Shown here piece by piece: positions 42,781-59,603 of a DNA stretch of 64,000 bases (its first letter is position 1; each line of letters begins with the position of its first letter). The notes under the pieces were generated by a model. That model was not told where the DNA came from. It did no database searches and worked only from the letters and a program-made list of their open reading frames with translations. Made by a program: the position numbers and the translations under genes. Origin of the DNA: the human T2T-CHM13v2.0 reference genome, Homo sapiens; the NCBI RefSeq assembly GCF_009914755.1, contig NC_060936.1; one strand, written 5' to 3'.

Positions 42781-44769
42781 TCTTAGGAGTTGAGTTAAGA
42801 CGTCCTCACACAGAAGGCTGTGCATGACAATAGTCCACCACAAAGCTATGCTATAGAGAAAGGGAAATAGTGGGCTTTTCTAAAACTTGTGTCTATGAAG
42901 ATGTTACACAGGGAATTTATCTAAATTCCATTATGGAGTAAAGTAAAATAAAAGCTAAAGAGCATAGAAAGCAATCTTCCTTCGAGAACAATACTCATGA
43001 GGTAACACCCTGAGAAACCCCACTAAAGGTCTTGCCTTTCTTTTTCTTTTTAGTTTCCCATCTGTGCTCCCGCAAGCGTGAAATTGAACGGAGAGATGTA
43101 TGTATATTTCCAAACACTCCCATTCCCAACAGACTCAAATTCCTTATCTAAATTCCCTAGAATATCTCCTTCTCCAACCTCCTTATTTTTTATTTTATTC
43201 TTTATTTGGTTCCACTGCTTTCTATAGCAAAGCGATAAATAGTTCCAAGCCTCCCTTTCAAGTCTCTAAATCTTCTTGTCTTTATTGAATTTCTCCTCAC
43301 TCTATTCTGATGTTTTCATTTTCATGGTCCATCTTACTCTGTATTTTCTTCTGTGACGGTAAACATTATAAATACTCCTGCCTCTGTCCCTGTGAATGCT
43401 ATCAATCCTTCTGCCTGCATCATTTTTATTTTTCTGCCCTTCTGACTGGTATTGCTAAAATAAACTTCATATTTACATTATAGAAAATATTTGTGCACCT
43501 TTTCTCATATATATTTGCCAAAGATACAGTTCTTAATTCATGGATTTATGTGAGGTTGAGATTGTAGTGTTTATTACAAAATACAGATTAATTATATAGA
43601 TTCACTGACATTTAATTACACACCTAGCAATGATTTTTTTAATCACTAGAAAATGAATTATAACAAATGGTGGATATGCAAAAACCTCACATAATCATGA
43701 AAATTATGACTATGGTAATTTGTGATATTACCATTATCACTTTGATAATGATAAATGTAGTGATGATGATGATGGTTATGATAAATCTATGAATTAAATA
43801 TCACTATATTTGTATATACACACAGAAATTCCATGTCTTCCCAGGTGGTAGTAAATAGAACAAGCCTACATTGATAGACTGTAGTCAGGCCACTAACAAT
43901 TATTTTTTGCACAAACTCCTGTTTAGTTATTTTGAATTCATTGTATTTCCAAAGGCATTGCCAGATGCCAATCAATACCTAAAGAATATGAAAGAAGAAA
44001 AATAGAACAAGAGCCTTGAAAGATTATAAAGTATCAACTTGATTTTCTATTGCCAACCTCTAGAAAGCTGAAAAGTAATTCCCATTATACCATGAATTGT
44101 ATATAATCTAGGTTTACATCTTGCTTATATAACTGCTTTTGCCAGGTTGCTCTGTTATTACCATTTATTATTTATGAAGTGCCAACAGAATTTTCAGACC
44201 TTGTCCATATTTGTTGAGTCATGCACTACTGCATAGGACAAACAAGATGACGCATAAAAACCCAGGAGTGGGTGGGAGTAGTAAGTTCTCATTTTCTTTT
44301 TTGTTTGCTTCTATGCTACTTTCTTAGACGATAGAACAAAAGCATCACTGTCCTTCATCAAAGAAGGAAGGGAGGAAAAAGCAGAAAATGTGGCCAAAAT
44401 CAAGACAAGTCAAAGAAATGGGAAAAATTACCTTGATTCATCCATTACAATTCTAGCTTTAGTAGGAATAAAAAAGGGATATTGTTCTTTTGAGTCTCAG
44501 AAAGAAAAAAAGAAGGCTAAGAAATGAATTTGTGAAGTCAAACTAAGAAAATTAATTGAGTAAGAATAGCCAAGGTTTGCTATGAAGCTTGATCAAATGA
44601 ATTTCACTAGTGCTCTCTTTTTACAGTAAAAAATACCTAATTCATATTCACTTGCCATTAATTTGACCAAATAATAAAGACAACTAAAAATAAAATTATG
44701 ATGGAACTGAGAAATACATATTGTGGTCCATGGGTCATTTTCAATACTAGAGATACAGCAAGATCCAGG

Positions 44770-44990
44770 ATTCTAGAACCAAACTGTTTGGGTCCAAATC
44801 CTGGCTTTGTCACTTACTAGGGCAATTGAACTAACCTCTCTGTGTCTTAGTTTCCTCATCTGTAAAATATGGAAAAGAATAATATGTACCCTGTAGAGTT
44901 GCTGTAAAGATTACATTAGTTCATAAATGAAAAATTTTTAGAACAGTGCCTTTCATATATTAGGCACAATTTAAGTATTTGCTGTTATTT
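44770..44990 (+). mobile_element. MIR
   Basis: aacctctctgtgtcttagtttcctcatctgtaaaat core. Confidence 0.75.
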
Positions 44991-45113
44991 GAATGTCATT
45001 TTCAGAAAGACATTTGATTGATTATAACACTCATTTCTAGTTTTAAAAATACTTATAAAGCTAGGAATAGAAAAAAAAAGTGTTCTTAACTTGTACCAGT
45101 TAAGAAGGTTTCT

Positions 45114-45420
45114 GGTGGCTCATGACTGTAATCCCAGCACTTTGGGAGACCAAGGAGGAGGATCGCTTGAGCTCAGGAGTTTGAGACCAGTATAGGCAAC
45201 ATGGTGAAACTCCATCTCTACTAAAAATAAAAAAAAAAAAATAGCCAGCTGTGGTTGCGGTGTGCGCCTGTAGTCCTAGCTACTCAGGAGGTTGAGGTGG
45301 GAGGATTGCTTGAGCCTGGGAGATGGAGGCTGCAGTGAGCCGTGATCACGCCGCTACACCACTGCATTCCAGCCTTGGCAATGGAGCAAGACCTTGTCTC
45401 CAAAAAAGAAAAAAAAAAAA
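45114..45420 (+). mobile_element. AluJ nested in an old MLT1-like LTR (about 45094-45870)
   Basis: TSD gtttctggtgg overlapping the truncated Alu 5' end. Confidence 0.88.
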
Positions 45421-46049
45421 GTTTCTGGTGGAAAGAAACAGAAAACTATGAGTAGTAGTGGTTTAAGCTGTAAAAACATTTTGTGTTTATTTTACAAGAA
45501 TTTCGGAAGCAGACAGTCTCAGAACTGGGTCAGAGAGCCAAAAATATAACCCAAGACTGAGGCTCATTCTAGCGTTGTGTTCTCACCATGCTTAGCTGTC
45601 TGCTCTTCACTCTCACACATTGGTTGCTTACAATCAGAAGGATTGCCATAGCTCTAGGCATCAAGACTGGAAGTTGGGAACGAAGAATGCCAATGAGGTC
45701 TCCACTCACACATGCTCTGATACCTATCCCTTAAGAGGATTCACAATCTCTCTCCCCCATAAGACGTGGGTAGACCACCCTTTAATGGAGGAAGTAAGTA
45801 GCTAGCTTTCCATCATCTACAGTGGGAGGCCACAGAACGGCTGTTAGGTTAGCCCACTAGCTGTGTCTGTTACTTTGACAAAAAGAATGTATCAGTAACC
45901 AACAAGAAATGTCACACATATGGTGAGACATTCGAAGTATTTTGATTAAAATTCAGAAAAAAAATCTGCCTATTCACAGCTATTATTCAATATTTTTATA
46001 AAGGTCCTAACCAATGGCTATCAGCCAAAAAACTGACTGAAAATGCAGA

Positions 46050-46201
46050 TTTGAAATTAAGTAAAATTAAAATTCAATTCCTCAGTCTCACTAGCAACAT
46101 TTGAAATGCTCAACAGCCACATGTGGCTAGTGGCTACCATATGGAACAACACAGATAGAAAACATTTTCATTGTCTCAGAAAGTTTGATTTGACAGTGCT
46201 A
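46050..46201. mobile_element. MER3/MER33-like DNA transposon fragment
   Basis: attcaattcctcagtctcactagcaacattt...gccacatgtggctagtggctacc. Confidence 0.7.
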
Positions 46202-46638
46202 CAGTTGGAGAGACAGTTGTCAGTATCTGTTTACTTTTAAAATGTGAATATTTGTTGAATGCACAACAATCTCTTCTGAAATACACAAGCATACATAAAT
46301 ATATGTACAAGATGGCAGCACTGTTAGCAGTACTCACAAAACTGGAAATGACATAAGTGTCCATCAACAGAGGGAGAATTTAATAAATGATAATACATTC
46401 ATATTACATTGTATCATGCAACCATTTGAAAGAATAAGGAGCTTGTGTATAGTTAAATTTATGAAGGTACCTGGAGAGTGGTGCACTTGGCAAGGGCGTG
46501 GAAGCTCTGCCTTCCTTCTCTCATATTTTGCCCTATACAGCTCTTCCATCATGGTGTTCACTGAGGATAGAATTTTAAAATATGTGCAAAGCTATGGTTT
46601 CATATAACCAAAAATTAAATATCAAGACTGAGTGGGGA

Positions 46639-46935
46639 GGCTGGGCACAGTGACTCACGCTTGTAATCTCAGCACTTTGGGAGGCTGAGAAGGGCAGATC
46701 ACCTGAGGTCAGGAGCTCAAGACCAGCCTGGCCAACATAGTGAAACCCCGTCTCTACTAAAAATACAAAAATTAACTGGGCATGATGGCAGGCACCTGTA
46801 ATCCCAGCTACTTGGGAGGCTGAGACAGGGAGAATTGCTTGAACCTGGAAGGCAGAGGTTTTAGTGAGCTGAGATCGCGCCATTGCACTCCAGCCTGGGT
46901 GACAGAGTGAGACTCCGTCTCAAAAAGCAAACAAA
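46639..46935 (+). mobile_element. AluSx-like
   Basis: Full Alu dimer. Confidence 0.92.
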
Positions 46936-47302
46936 AAGCCCGAGTGGGAAAAAAAAGAAAGGGGAAAAAAGAGTGACATTGATGTATATATTGTCTCAAG
47001 GCGGGTTGCTTGCCATGGATTGTGGAGTGACTCAGCCAAGTTATGGATCACATGCACAGTGTGATCTCATTTTGATTTTAAATATATTCTATATAATTTG
47101 TATAAATATGTGTATGTATATTTGCATATGTTTAGGACCAGGACTAGAGGTGCCTGGGGCACAAAGAGTAAGGCACTACCTCTCAGTGCCTCCTTAAATT
47201 GTACACCTTGGAGTCCTCATTCACAGTACCCTAGTCCCAGCGCTGACATGTTTGCATGCACATAGAAAAATGTTTGAGAATAATTTCATCACATAAAAGT
47301 AA

Positions 47303-47649
<347 letters not shown>

Positions 47650-50527
47650 TTACTTTTTTTTAAGATGGGATATGACCTGAAGCAAGTCATTTGACAAGGG
47701 CTGTACACAAGGGACCAATGGAGACTTACAAAAGCAGTAAAGACCTGCTTTAGCCCAGGGATCTCTTCTAGTAAGCAAAATGTTAATATTTGAGCTCCCT
47801 TCAATATGTTCACTTCCACATCACTTCAAAGGCTCTTCATTTATCTTCTTCCTTCTCTAACTCTTTGAACAGAGGAAATACTGCCAGCACTCTTATTGTA
47901 TAAATAGTCATACTTGTTCCTATTTGTATTTTTTTCATGTTGTAGTCTGAGGGCTTATTAGTAATAGCTCTTTCGGATCACAGTTTCTGTATAATTACAT
48001 GCAATAAGCTGAGCAAATGTTAATGACCTCTTTAAAAACACAGAAAATGCTCAATTGTTTGACAAGGATTTACAGTAGCTCAAGTCACAGGTCTATGTAC
48101 CAACACAGCTGCTAATTCTGAAATTTTCTACATGAATATGAGTGACTTCAATCTTTTTCATTCAAATCTCTTTGTATTTCCTTCTAAGCAATGTTCATAC
48201 TCCTTACTGTGTTTTCTTTTTTCTGTTTTTAAGCTTTACATGGTTATTTCAAAGACACTTACTAACCTCATTTTTTTCAGGAGACCCTGTTTGCTGTATC
48301 CTGTTACCTTTAGTAATTAAAGCTAACAATTAGCTCAGCTTTATTTTCATTACAAATACTCTCCATCAAAGGGTCTGTATCTTAAGATAAAGAGTAGGAA
48401 GTGTGCCCTGTGTTTTAGACTTATAATAGCACAGTCCTTTTACTATTTATGTATTATCTCCATATGATGTAAAATATTTTCATTGTGTTTCCTTGTTTTT
48501 CAGAGATAGGGCTGATAGTTTCCTTTTCTCTTTTAAAACCTTTCAAAGCTGCCCAAAACAAAACCCCAACCCATAATTCCACTATTCAGATTCATGATTA
48601 TAAATGAATGAAAGACTGAAATAAATAAAAAGCGTATTTCAAAATGTAGATGATCTAGTTTTTATTTTTTTCCAAGTGTAGTGTTTAAAGACAAATTCAG
48701 CATCTCCAAATCCTCTGTTGTGACTCCAGCTTGTCACACGATCAGTTTACAGAAGAGTGAAATCTTTATCTAAGTCAGCCAGCTGTTTGGTCTCCATGAT
48801 AACAAACAATGGGTTTGGTCATTTTTCCTAATGACTTGATAGACTTTGGTAACATGAAAATACTGATAGTTGCTTAGAAATTAAAGGTAAGATGATGCTA
48901 ATCCATAATTTTAACCAAAGGTTCATTTCAGTCAGGTGTTTGTTATTCCTTTGAAGAATAAACAACTAAATTAATATTTTTTAAAATAAAAAACAATTTT
49001 TGTTACAACTGTCAAAGAAAATCAAGATTAAGCTGCATTACATGATGTTGGCTTATAGATTAGGTATACTTCATAGATGACATATTTAATTCATGACAGT
49101 TTTTGCAATCCCTGCACTAAGGAAAGAGTTTGCAAAACATATTACTGGATAAAGACAATCATGGAAATACAAAGACAGAGTGGAAAATGCATGTTAAAAT
49201 TTTAAATAAATATCTGTCCCTCGAAAACAGGTGTTCAGAATTTCATGCAATTAAAGCCACCTAAATAATAAAATTTCTAGTGCCCACAGTTTATAATTCA
49301 ACTTTTTTAAAAAGCAAATTATCTCATCAATCCAGTAACAATCCTTTACTCTTGTTTGTTTGTACCACATGACTTTCAGTCACATAAATTTAACTCTAAA
49401 ACAATTGGGAGTAATTTAGGTATAGACTAGTGTGAAGTTGAGATGGACTGGTCTGTAACCAGCAGTGTTCACAAAATAAATCAATATTCCCAAGTTTACA
49501 GAGAAACACATACAAGTAAATCTCAGCTGAAGAAAATTAAATATGTAAATGTTCTGTTTACAAAATAGGCAAATCCTGCTTTATTTTCATTGTGGAAGGA
49601 TCTATCGCCACTCCTTCCACCACAGCTAAAACAGGTATCAGTTACTAGGACAACAGGGAAATTTACAATCAAATTTCCCAGGTTCCAGTGAATATTTTAT
49701 CGGAAGAACATCTATTCTTGATTGTTGACTGCATTTTCTCTTTTAAAAAGAATCTTCTTTTATCTCACTCTCCCAAAAAAGTTATACTCCTGCCTAAACT
49801 TCTAAGGAAATTTGAAAAGTATGTTTACATATGTGGCATTAAAATATACACCAGTTCTTCAAACTTAAAGTATCAAAGAAAATATTCTTTCCACCGAACA
49901 ACAAGCCCAAAGAACAGGCTACGTTGGTCCCCAATCTTTAGAATGCATGGAACTTTTATAGGACCCCAGAGGGGTTTTCCTGAAGAGGCTGCTCCTGTCT
50001 TTCAGTTTAAATAAATATTTTAATATTAAATAAACTGGCTCATATTTTTCGGTGCATGTCTGTTCGTAGATTTTTTCTACATTTCTTGGTTGAAAGAAGG
50101 GTGACATCACTTTTAAGGAAAAGGAATAAACTATTTCTAAATTAGATTCATTCTATTTCATTCCTGTGGTTCTTTTGATTGGATTAAATTGGATGAAAAA
50201 TGGCATTGATTCGGATGCTTTCTTTTTTTTTTAACTTGTCACTGACTTGAAGCTCATGATTTCACTATTGGGCCTTGAGAAATTTAAATCTTTTAAGATC
50301 CTTCAGCAGGTCATTGCTCATTTCCATTATTATGATCCCATGGAAGCATTTACCAATAATCTTTATTAAATATTTTAGATGCTTCCTCCTGGAACTCAGT
50401 TCTCTTAACTATAAATTTAAAATTAGAAGGTTGAAAGAAATAATCTCTACAGGACTAAAATTCTATAATCCTACCTGAATTTTGAAATGATCTAATAAAA
50501 ATATATTCTGCTTCTCGTGCTTTTTGA

Positions 50528-50823
<296 letters not shown>

Positions 50824-50919
50824 CTGATAAGCATACATTTCTTTGTTTTACAATTTCTACCTAATTAGCACATTTTTCTGTTACTATTAAAAATTAGTTA
50901 CTTATTGCTACCACTATTT

Positions 50920-51520
50920 GAGTTAGGTGTATTAATGAGGTAATTTTATTTGAGAGGGACAGTAACACAACTTCACATTAGTTTAAGCAAAAACAAAAAT
51001 TAAGGCCCACATATCTGGACATTCAAGGCATTACTAGCTTTGGCAGAGCAGGATCCAAGTGTTCACGCATCTCAGGTGTTTGTCTCTCTTCACCTCTAAA
51101 CTCTTCTTTCTTTACGTTGGATTCACTTCTTGGTATATCTTCTATGAGTAACAGTTAGAATGGCTACCGTCAGCTTCATTCATCTGTAGATCCTATGAAT
51201 TCAGCAATCCCATTGTTGAAAAAGTGCATGTCTTTCCTGACAGCTCCAGAAAGTCAGGGATGGATTCTAACTGGCCTGACTCAGGTCATGTAGCCAAATC
51301 TGAATCAATGCCAGGGGCCAAGAAATATTGTGTCCTCCTTGCCCAGGCCTGGATCTTGTACCCTATCACTGGCATCAACTATTACAGTCACCACAGTCAG
51401 CCTGACTGGAACCACATGCACTCAGAGTGGAGAGGTGTTCTCCAAAAGGAGTAAGAGTGTTATGGTTAAAGATAAGGGATTCCGAGCAGACGAAACACCA
51501 GCTGGCCACTGTGCTAACTC
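50920..51520. mobile_element. Old MLT1 (J/K-like) LTR
   Basis: ggattctaactggcctgactcaggtcatgtagccaaatctgaatcaat motif. Confidence 0.55.
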
Positions 51521-51654
51521 CTGAGAGCACCCTATCAACCTGAGTTCCTCAACAACGTATTTTAGTATTCAATCTATTCATGCAGCTATTGTTCATGCAG
51601 TGGAGTCCAAAATGTTTATTTTATGGCATTGACTTGATATTTTCCATAATATAG

Positions 51655-52020
<366 letters not shown>

Positions 52021-52095
52021 TAAAAACTTCTTTTATTAAAATTTCACACATTGTTTTCAACTGTTCTACTTCTGTATTATATACTTTATAATTTA

Positions 52096-52434
<339 letters not shown>

Positions 52435-53389
52435 TTATTCATTTGTTCACTTTCAAAAGTTCTAACATTTGAGGCCCATGAAATTTTCTACTCATCTTAA
52501 AATTATTTTGTTACTACTTCTTCATAGGGGAAATAAAACAGTGTTCATTATATTTGCTATTATATTCTCTTCAAGGATCTTCTTTATGGAATTCACTTAT
52601 AGCATCTACCTACTTCTAATAAAATCTTCATATTATCATCAACTAAAGAGTCTTGTATAAGGTCCAAGATAGAAATACATTAGTCAGCACCTAGATTCTA
52701 AGATGCTTACAACTTTTTAAAAACTTAATTTTGGGTAACTGGACCTTTTAATTAAGTTTCTTTAATTAATACTCAAAATTGTCAATAACAAAACAAATTT
52801 AGTACACTCGTTCACAGCCATAATTATACTTTCCTCAGCATTTTAATTGTATATAATTGAGCAGCTTCATAACTTATGAAAAATATTTTTACCATTAAGT
52901 TAACAAGTTCTTTAAAGAACTCTTGATACGTGAGCCTCTTCAGACAAGATCTACTGCTTTTGAGGTAAACACTATTATTTCAGATGCAAATGAGAACAGA
53001 TTGGAGTGTAAAGCGATTCACAGAGCCAGATATTCTGAGCCTCGAAATATTTATACTATATGTTGTAAATTTTTTGACACCTTTAGGCCATTAGGGGACC
53101 AATTTACCAGGTTAGTCGTCATAAAGAACAAGTCACATAATCTTTTTCCTTTCTCTCTTTTTTTTAAGGAACATGTCACTTATTTCTCTTCACAGTCAGT
53201 CAGGTTCTGAGTGGGTGATTTTTTTGCTTTTGAGGGTAAATAATGTAAATGCATGCAATAAATCAATAGCTCTAATTCAAAAAAGTTGTTATGCTGGATA
53301 AATGCTAGCCACTTTCTATTCATGGGATTGTAACACTTTTAAGGAAGCAAAAGTAACATTCATCACTTGCCTTTAAATACTGTATATAT

Positions 53390-53727
<338 letters not shown>

Positions 53728-54986
53728 TCAAATATATATGCATGTGTATATAAATGCAAATATATATGCGTGAATACATATATATATATACACATGCATG
53801 TATATTTGATTATAAAAGTGTGGGGTGATCTGAACTACTGAATATGGAGAAGGCTCTTGGGCCCTTCTGATGGGAGAAATTTGGGCAGAGGAGTTCAGCC
53901 TTTTTGCATGAAGGGAGTTCTAACTGGAATAGCCAGAAGGTGACCCTAACTCTGACCCCTTATCCAGGGGGAATAAGAATGATTGTTGCTGAGAGAGATG
54001 AACCATTGGAATGGTCCTTCTACCAAAATCAAAGGCTGTGGGCAGCCAGGTATGCTTTGATTTTCCAGCCTCTCCTGGGTGCTCCCCTTTAGGGAGATTT
54101 CCCTAGAAGCCACATATCCTGGGTGTGTACCCATGGTCAGGGGGACTGCTCCCTATAGTGGGAAGTAAGAAAGGGCAGAGATGCTCCATTTTACAGACTG
54201 GGTAGGCAGGATCTGACTGTAGTGGGCAGCGGCCCAGAGTATGGCCTGGGACTCTACCCACAGTGGAAGCATGAAAGAGCAAATATAGTGCTTGAGAGCC
54301 TGGACTCTGGGTCAGACAAACCTATGATCCCAGGGTGGCTTTACCACTCGCCAGCTGAGTGACTTAGGAAAGTTTTCTCCCATTTCCACACCCCACTTTC
54401 TCATCCACAAATTGGAGATTGTAAAATAGATGGTATCAATCTTGCAGGAATGTTGTGAGTTCCTAGCACGTAAGTATTCAATACAGAGTAAGGAGAAAAC
54501 AGTAGCCCAGAGGACTAATGGAGAGTGGTGTTAGAAAAGGTGAGACAGGGAAGGAAGGAGCAGAATAAAGAAATCAAATGTCCCTTTACTGAAAATGGCC
54601 ACATAGTCACAACAGTGGTGAAAAGGGCACCTGTGTCCGTCCTGGATGGCCCGTTAGTCAGCTGGCCATCTTTCTCAAAACAGAGCATGGAGCTGTCGTG
54701 CAAGATACCACCAAACAGATGTCAAGATTCCTCCAGCAAAGTGTAAGCATAGATTAAAAAATAAAATAAAGTAAACCCTCTGGTTTGAAAATAATTTCCC
54801 AAAATTGTCTGGTCCGTCTTCCTTTCACGAGGCAGACTTCAATTTAAACAACTCAAAAGATACAACATGACTTTAATTTTAAGTGCCAGTAGAGAAATAA
54901 TTTTCACAACCTCCCTTGACAAACTATTTCAATGGGTCACAATCTTTACTTCAGAAAGATTTTTTTTTTTTTAACCTGAGTGGTCT

Positions 54987-55289
<303 letters not shown>

Positions 55290-55599
55290 GATGCTGGGTA
55301 GTCATTACTAATGTGTAATGACATTCTGTCTCTAATGGTCAGTCATTATGCTTTCTGAAGGGATTATTTCCTTGACCAACTTTTGGGTTAGTAAATTGAT
55401 TCCCTAATGAAGAAAATGTGTAATATTGTGAGAAGTTAGAGTTCCATATAAAACATCATATTTAGAATATTCAGATTTGAGCCCTCAGAAATGATTTGAG
55501 TTCCAAGCTTATCACCGCAGTTCAGATTGACTCTCATAAAGGGTGCTAGTGAAGGTGGTTTCCTATTGTTCCTTCCATAGCATCTCTTGGATTAATTGT

Positions 55600-55770
55600 C
55601 CTTCACCCAGCTGCCCATAAGAATCACCCTGGGAACACTGAAAAAATGCTGATGCTAGGGCCCCACCCCCAGAGATTCTGAGTTAATTGGCCTGGGATGA
55701 GGCTTGTCATTGCTTTATTTTTAAAGTTCCCAGGTGACTGTAGCAGATTTGAGAGCCAGTGCTCTCTGCG
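55600..55770. mobile_element. MER5A-like
   Basis: gaatcaccctggg...gggccccacccccagagattctga...ttcccaggtga. Confidence 0.7.
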
Positions 55771-56221
55771 GAATTATAAATGCAAAGACATGAAATATTC
55801 TTTTCTCTTTCCTTTGTCCTTTAGTTTCACAATGCAGTCATTTAAGAAAGATTATGATATGAATATAATCTCTTTAGTTAAAAATACTTAAATGACTGCA
55901 TAATGATTCTGTCTTTTCATTTGAGTGATTTAGAGAGGAATGATATAGTAACTCCTACATCTACTATGAAACGGTCTTATAAATTGCATTTGAAAATTAT
56001 TGAAACTATGTTCACCAGCTAATGAATCTTTTTTTTTTTTTGCTATAAACCAGGAAGACAAAAATTTCTATTAAAGTAATTAATGAGCATTTTTCACCTT
56101 TCCTTGAGAGATGCCTGTTCTGCTTCTAATAAAGCCACCAGTTTCTCAGGTATCCATACCTTAATCTTGCCACCTCTACCACAGTGCCTTATAATGGGCA
56201 AAAAGTGAGCTGTATTTTTAA

Positions 56222-56536
<315 letters not shown>

Positions 56537-58359
56537 ATTTTATTTTCAATGTATAAATGAAAATACCCCATTGGTGGTGGTGAGGGTGGAGGGAGGGGTC
56601 ATTGATATTCCCTCTCTGCTTCACAGTGGCTTTCATTGGTGATCCTCTTTGTGAAACTTTGTCCCTGCTCTCCAGGGCTGTTCTGGAGCTCTCCAGGTTG
56701 CTGCTTCTCCATGTATTCATTGAAACTTCATTTAATAAATCTTCATGAGGACCTTGATATGTGTCTGGCACTATTTAAGACTGTGGACCTGTGGCAGTGA
56801 GCAAGACAGGCAAGAAAAGCCAATTCTGTCACGGAGATTGCTTCAAAAGGGGAAACAGAATAAACAACAAATAAAAAGAAAATAAATATCAGGCAATACA
56901 GAGAATGTAATATATTGCAATCTTGTATTTCATGGAATACACTTAGGGCAATTCTGGTCTATTATATGCTTCTAAGTAAAGTTGCTCCCCACCCCCCGTT
57001 TATCATAAACTAAAATGGCTTTGTTATTTTCTCCCAAGAAACCTTTCACTTTTCTTTTACTAAAAAACTCCTATAGAATTATATCTAGCTTCACAGTGTC
57101 CAGAATTTCATCTGCTGAAAGCTCACTCAGAATATTACTTCTTTAAGTTCAGTAGAGAAATGTTGAACAGGGCATGGCCATAAAATTTCAAGTGAACTTA
57201 GTTTTGCTTGGAACTCACAACATGTTAATTTTCTCTTCTTGCTTCTTTGTCATTTTCTGATGGCTTTGACTCTAGATTTTCTTTACATTCTAGACCTTAC
57301 ATTGACCAAAGATGAGATTTTCCAGCTTCTTCCACATATTTGGATATCCATTCTCTTAACTCAGTTCCTGAATTCAATTTGCCATGTGCCATTTTCGCTC
57401 TACACTTCTGAAGTTTTGGTGGAAAGTCTAGTGACTGCCCAGTATAACAACTCAGAGGAAAAAAAAAGTGCTACTCTGTACTCTATTGACATAACAATGA
57501 TTCAATAAACATTTCTTGCACATCCACTGTGCACTGTGTTCTAAGAGCTGTATGATGCACAGGGATTACAAAGATAAACAAGATACAGCCTCCCTTTCTG
57601 AAGAATCTTACAATGGAAGGTCTGTGGTCAGTTGGTTAAACAAAAAACTCTATTAAAGTGGACAATCTCATCCTTAAGTTTCTCAATGTAAAAAAAAAAG
57701 TGGACAATCATAACACATGCATAGCTGAAATGTTTAATTTTTAACTTTAAACCCTTAAAGATACATTCACTACTCACCAAATTTTAGAAGTAGGGTCAAG
57801 GCCTTTTCTTTGATTGATGATTGAACTTTGCATGGTCTTTCTTGCATAGCCATAACATGCCATCAATAATTTCTAGTTTTAGTTTATTTAAAATAGAGAA
57901 AGAATGTACCACCACTGTGGAAGTGGCTGAATACTAAAACCATTTAGATTTCTGTGATTTTTCCTGAGTCTTATACAGTTGCCTTGCTCATATCTATTCT
58001 AACAGCACTTGTTTTAGCATCTCATGTTTATAGTATTTCCAAAGTATTAAAGTAAGTTTTCAAGAAACAGCAACTCTCTGTCACTCCACACTTCATATTT
58101 CATCAGCCTAATTATATTTAATTCAACTACGTGCTTTGAAAGATCAAATACAACCAACATAATCAGGTTTGAGTACAAACTGAACTGACTCTTGGTAAGC
58201 ACACACTCCATGTGGAGGGAGACAAGGAGGACCAGGAGAAGGAGCCCTCTCAATTGGGAGCCTTCAGTGTATCTATCCGTATATTCCCCAGACAGCACAG
58301 AATGCTCTGGGTAATCTGACAAGTTGCTTAAGATATATACTCATACTATATTATTGTAA

Positions 58360-58765
58360 AATGATATTATTAAATAAAATTTCACCTAAAGCTGCCTCCT
58401 TACATATTCTAAGTTCAGCCTAAAGGTTTCTCGTCCACAGTGAACTGTAACCCAACTGGATGTGTAAACAGACCAGAACCTACTTTTGTGCCAATCACCA
58501 AGTTTCAGCCAAAGGTGGCCAACTGTTCAAACCAGGTTCAAATAAGGCAAATGCTGAGCTGTTATCAATCTGGCTGTTTCTGTACCTCACTTCCATTTTC
58601 TGGATATAACTTCCCTTCTTCTGTCCATAAATTTTCTTCCACCATGTGGCTGCACAAGAGTCTGTCTGAATCTGCTGTGCTTCTGGTGACTGCCCGATTT
58701 ACAAATCATTCTTTGCTCAATTAAACTCTGTTCAATTTAATTTGTCTAAGGTTTTCATTTTAACA
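58360..58765 (+). mobile_element. MER57-like ERV1 solo LTR
   Basis: cctaaagctgcctccttacatatt..aagttcagcctaaaggtttctc...gttcaaataaggcaaa...ctttgctcaattaaactctgtt...ttttaaca terminus. Confidence 0.8.
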
Positions 58766-58833
58766 AAATGAATGATTTAATAAAGGCTTGTGCAAAGACT
58801 TAACAATATAAATCATTTAAAAGGCTTGTGCAG

Positions 58834-59051
<218 letters not shown>

Positions 59052-59314
59052 GTGTGCAAAATGTTACGTATATCTTAAAAGGACCCTCCCCTGTTACCAG
59101 CATAAATATTGTTTTGGAATTTTCTCTTACCTTTTTTTGTCTTTGATTATTTTAAATTTTTTTTGGATATTCAATGCTATTGCATAGTTCAACATTTCTA
59201 AGGTAAAACAAACAGTGAGAAGTGTCTCTGACACCCCTGGCCCCAGCCATCCACCTCCCTGTCCCAGAGGCAACCAGTGTCACCAGCTCCTCCATGCTGA
59301 AGTTCCTTACGGAG

Positions 59315-59451
59315 TTTTTCTTTTTTCTTTTTTTGAGACAGCTGTTGCCCATTTCAGCTCACTGCAACCTCTGCCTCCCGGGTTCAAGTGATTCTCCTGC
59401 CTCAGCCTCCTCAGTAGCTGAGATTGCAGGCACCTGCCACCATGCCCGGCT

Positions 59452-59487
<36 letters not shown>

Positions 59488-59603
59488 TATAGACGGGTTT
59501 TGCCATGTTGGCCAGGCTCGTCTTGAACTCTCAACCTCAAGCAATCTGCCCACCTCGGCCTCCCAAAGTGCTGGGATTACAGGCATTAGCCTCCGCGACT
59601 GGT
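59315..59603 (-). mobile_element. AluS with internal deletion and long middle T-tract
   Basis: TSD tccttacggag on both sides. Confidence 0.9.
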
